Positions 42,569 to 44,857 of a stretch of DNA of 44,857 bases are shown here, one piece after another (positions within the stretch are counted from its first letter, which is position 1; each line of letters opens with the position of its first letter). The DNA comes from Escherichia phage phiA2-1. The stretch is taken from sequence record OR861626.1; one strand, given 5' to 3'. The notes beneath the pieces were generated by a model that did not search any database, had not been told where the DNA came from, and saw only the letters and a program-made list of their open reading frames with translations. The position numbers were made by a program, and so were the translations under genes.

Positions 42569-44143
42569 ATGAGTGACGTTTTGGTCTGGGAGGAACTATC
42601 CCAATCAGAGAAGCAAGCCGTCAAGCTTCTGTCTACGCATAACTTCGAGACTTTCCTTCGGGTATGGTTTAGCCTTACCCAGGGCCAGAAGTACATAATG
42701 AACTGGCATCATAGATACCTGTGCAGAATAGTTGACGAAATTATAAGCGGTGAGAGAAAGGATACAATCATTAACGTATCGCCTGGAGCTGGTAAAACCG
42801 AGATTACATCCATCCACTTTCCAGTTTACAGTTATCTAAAACTACCAAAAGTGCGAAACCTTAGCCTGTCATTCTCTGACAGCCTGGTTAAGCGAAACTC
42901 AAAGCGAGTTCGTGACCTAATTAAGTGCCAGGAGTTTCAGGAGCTATTCCCAAGCAAGTTTGGCACTTGTAAGGATGACGAAATTCAGGTTCTTGATGAG
43001 TCAGGCAAAGTGCGGTTTGAGTCGATATCAAAGGCTATTGGTGGCCAAATAACTGGGTCACGCGGCGGCTACATTACCGACACTTACAGTGGCTGTCTAA
43101 TGCTGGATGACGTTGATAAAGTCGATGATATGCTCAGTAAGGTTCGCCGCGAGTCGGTTCATATGCTTCTGAAGAACACCATTCGCTCTCGTAGGGCCAG
43201 CTCGGTCAAGGGGAGGGCCACGCCAATTATTTCCATACAGCAGCGATTGCATGTTAACGACTCAAGTTGGTTCATGGCTGAATCTGGCGGCATGGGGATA
43301 GATTTCGATGTGGTGAAGATTCCAGCAATCGTAACCGAGGATTACATCGACACACTTCCTGACTGGTTAAGGCCACACTTCGAGGCTGACGTTCTATCTA
43401 GCGAGTACATCGAGCGGGATGGGGTTAAATACTACAGCTACTACCCACAGAAGGAATCAATTCACGATTTAATGGCAATGCAAGACGCCGACCCATACAC
43501 GTTCGCAAGTCAATATATGCAAAGCCCCATAGCTCTCGGCGGCAACATGGTGGATACGGATTGGTTTATTCGTTACGGTGGGGATTTGCGAGCGCCATTG
43601 AAGTATGATTACCGATTCATTACTGCGGATACCGCACTTACCACGAAGTCATACAGTGACTTTAGCGTATTCCAGTTATGGGGAGTAAAAGATAGGAAGC
43701 TATACCTTCTTGATATGGTTAGGGGTAAGTATGAAGCACCCGAGCTTGAGGCGACGCTATTGGATTTTGAAGCAAAAGCAAGAGCCACAAGTCGCGAGGA
43801 GGGAATACTCCGTAAGGTAATTATCGAGAAGAAGGCATCTGGTATTGGCCTAATTCAGTCCGCTGGTAGAGTTATGCGCACACCTATTGAGCCATTCATA
43901 CCAGATACAGATAAGGTTACCAGAGTGCTGTCGGCAATACCTCAGATTAAGGCTGGCAATGTAATGATTCCAGAATCAGCACCGTGGATGAGTGCATTCA
44001 TCTCTGAGTTTTCAGCATTTACAGCAGACATGAGCCACCGCCACGACGACATTGTGGATACAACAACAATGGCAATCAACTGCGAACTAAACCTTGCAGA
44101 TGACCCTAAATCTCGAATGTTACGCCTCGCGGGAATTAAATAA
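42569..44143 (+). CDS. Terminase large subunit
   Basis: 524 aa; Walker A-like VSPGAGKTE; C-terminal nuclease-like acidic residues; followed by portal. Confidence 0.75.
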   Translation: MSDVLVWEELSQSEKQAVKLLSTHNFETFLRVWFSLTQGQKYIMNWHHRYLCRIVDEIISGERKDTIINVSPGAGKTEITSIHFPVYSYLKLPKVRNLSLSFSDSLVKRNSKRVRDLIKCQEFQELFPSKFGTCKDDEIQVLDESGKVRFESISKAIGGQITGSRGGYITDTYSGCLMLDDVDKVDDMLSKVRRESVHMLLKNTIRSRRASSVKGRATPIISIQQRLHVNDSSWFMAESGGMGIDFDVVKIPAIVTEDYIDTLPDWLRPHFEADVLSSEYIERDGVKYYSYYPQKESIHDLMAMQDADPYTFASQYMQSPIALGGNMVDTDWFIRYGGDLRAPLKYDYRFITADTALTTKSYSDFSVFQLWGVKDRKLYLLDMVRGKYEAPELEATLLDFEAKARATSREEGILRKVIIEKKASGIGLIQSAGRVMRTPIEPFIPDTDKVTRVLSAIPQIKAGNVMIPESAPWMSAFISEFSAFTADMSHRHDDIVDTTTMAINCELNLADDPKSRMLRLAGIK

Positions 44144-44149
44144 GCGTGA

Positions 44150-44180
44150 TAAACTAGCCTCGTGTATGGGGCTTTTTTAT
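44150..44180 (+). terminator. Weak terminator-like hairpin plus T-run before portal
   Basis: AGCCTCGTGTATGGGGCTTTTTTATTGGAG, resembling the cassette upstream of gene L (11498..11531). Confidence 0.3.
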
Positions 44181-44191
44181 TGGAGAAAAAC

Positions 44192-44857
44192 ATGGTCAAG
44201 ACAGACAGCTACGCCAACATCTTTCTCGGCGGTAGTGATGGTAGTGAGATTTACGGGAGTTTACAGAATCAGGCACCTACAATTCTGGCCTCGCTTTATG
44301 CGGATAATGCGCTGGTTCGTAGAATTATCGACACAATCCCGGAGACGGCATTAGCGGCAGGATTCCACATTGACGGCATTGATGACGAGCCTGAATTCTG
44401 GTCTCGCTGGGACTACCTCGAACTAACAAAACACATCAATGAAGCATGGTCGTGGGCTAGATTATTCGGCGGTTCTGCTATTGTTGCTATCGTTAAGGAC
44501 AATAGAGCACTGACAAGTCCGGTCAGAGAAGGTGCAGGACTTGAAACCGTTCGCGTTTACGACCGCACACAGGTGAAAGTGCAAGCTCGCGAGGAGAATC
44601 CACGTAACACACGTTTTGGTAAGCCTCTAACCTATCGCATCACCACAAACGAAAGCGATATGTTCTACGATGTGCATTACAGCCGCATTCACATCATCGA
44701 TGGCGAGCGAATCCCTAACGTAATGCGTCGGCAAAACGATGGATGGGGCCTTAGCGTTCTCTCCAGTGATATTCTTGACTCAATTAGGGATTACACCAAC
44801 TGTGAGCGACTTGCCACTCAGTTACTGAAGCGTAAGCAACAGGCGGTATGGAAAGCT
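44192..44857 (+). CDS. Portal protein, N-terminal part (runs off window end; continues at 1..600)
   Basis: ATG 44192 after TTGGAG; no stop before the window end; phase continuous with nt 1. Confidence 0.6.
   Translation, partial: MVKTDSYANIFLGGSDGSEIYGSLQNQAPTILASLYADNALVRRIIDTIPETALAAGFHIDGIDDEPEFWSRWDYLELTKHINEAWSWARLFGGSAIVAIVKDNRALTSPVREGAGLETVRVYDRTQVKVQAREENPRNTRFGKPLTYRITTNESDMFYDVHYSRIHIIDGERIPNVMRRQNDGWGLSVLSSDILDSIRDYTNCERLATQLLKRKQQAVWKA

Noticed and set aside
1-44857. Lysogeny module, CRISPR array or rRNA
   Set aside because: No integrase-like or CI-like ORF recognised, no regularly spaced direct repeats, no rRNA-like sequence; the Rha-family genes alone do not establish temperate lifestyle.

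Overview
This window reads as a complete, circularly permuted ~44.9-kb genome of a virulent-looking tailed dsDNA phage (siphovirus-type; T1-like/Drexlerviridae-like by inference, likely enterobacterial host). The portal ORF runs off the 3' end (44192..44857) and continues in-frame at position 1 (to 600). Gene content, from translated ORFs read by eye (no searches were run): terminase small and large subunits, portal, head genes (scaffold/protease-like, major capsid, connectors), a lambda-like tail module (major tail protein, G/GT chaperone pair with a candidate -1 frameshift, tape measure, M, L, K, I, J-like tip protein), a separate tail fiber gene on the minus strand, three free-standing HNH homing endonucleases, two Rha-family regulators, a Cor-like lipoprotein module, a recombination module (PD-(D/E)XK exonuclease, Erf, SSB with a poly-Q linker), replication genes (SF2 helicase, VRR-NUC nuclease, primase-like protein, P-loop helicase), a lysis cassette (pinholin-like holin, SAR endolysin, unimolecular spanin), one tRNA-Arg(UCU), and many small ORFs. 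The most striking non-coding signal is a ~65-nt promoter-like cassette present in about 15 copies, with a near-palindromic box at a fixed 22-nt distance from a -10-like hexamer. Two large AT-rich intergenic regions with (TTA)n tracts and short repeats separate the divergent gene blocks. No integrase, CI-type repressor, CRISPR array or rRNA was seen. Coordinates of features not in the ORF track were counted by hand and may be off by a few nt.
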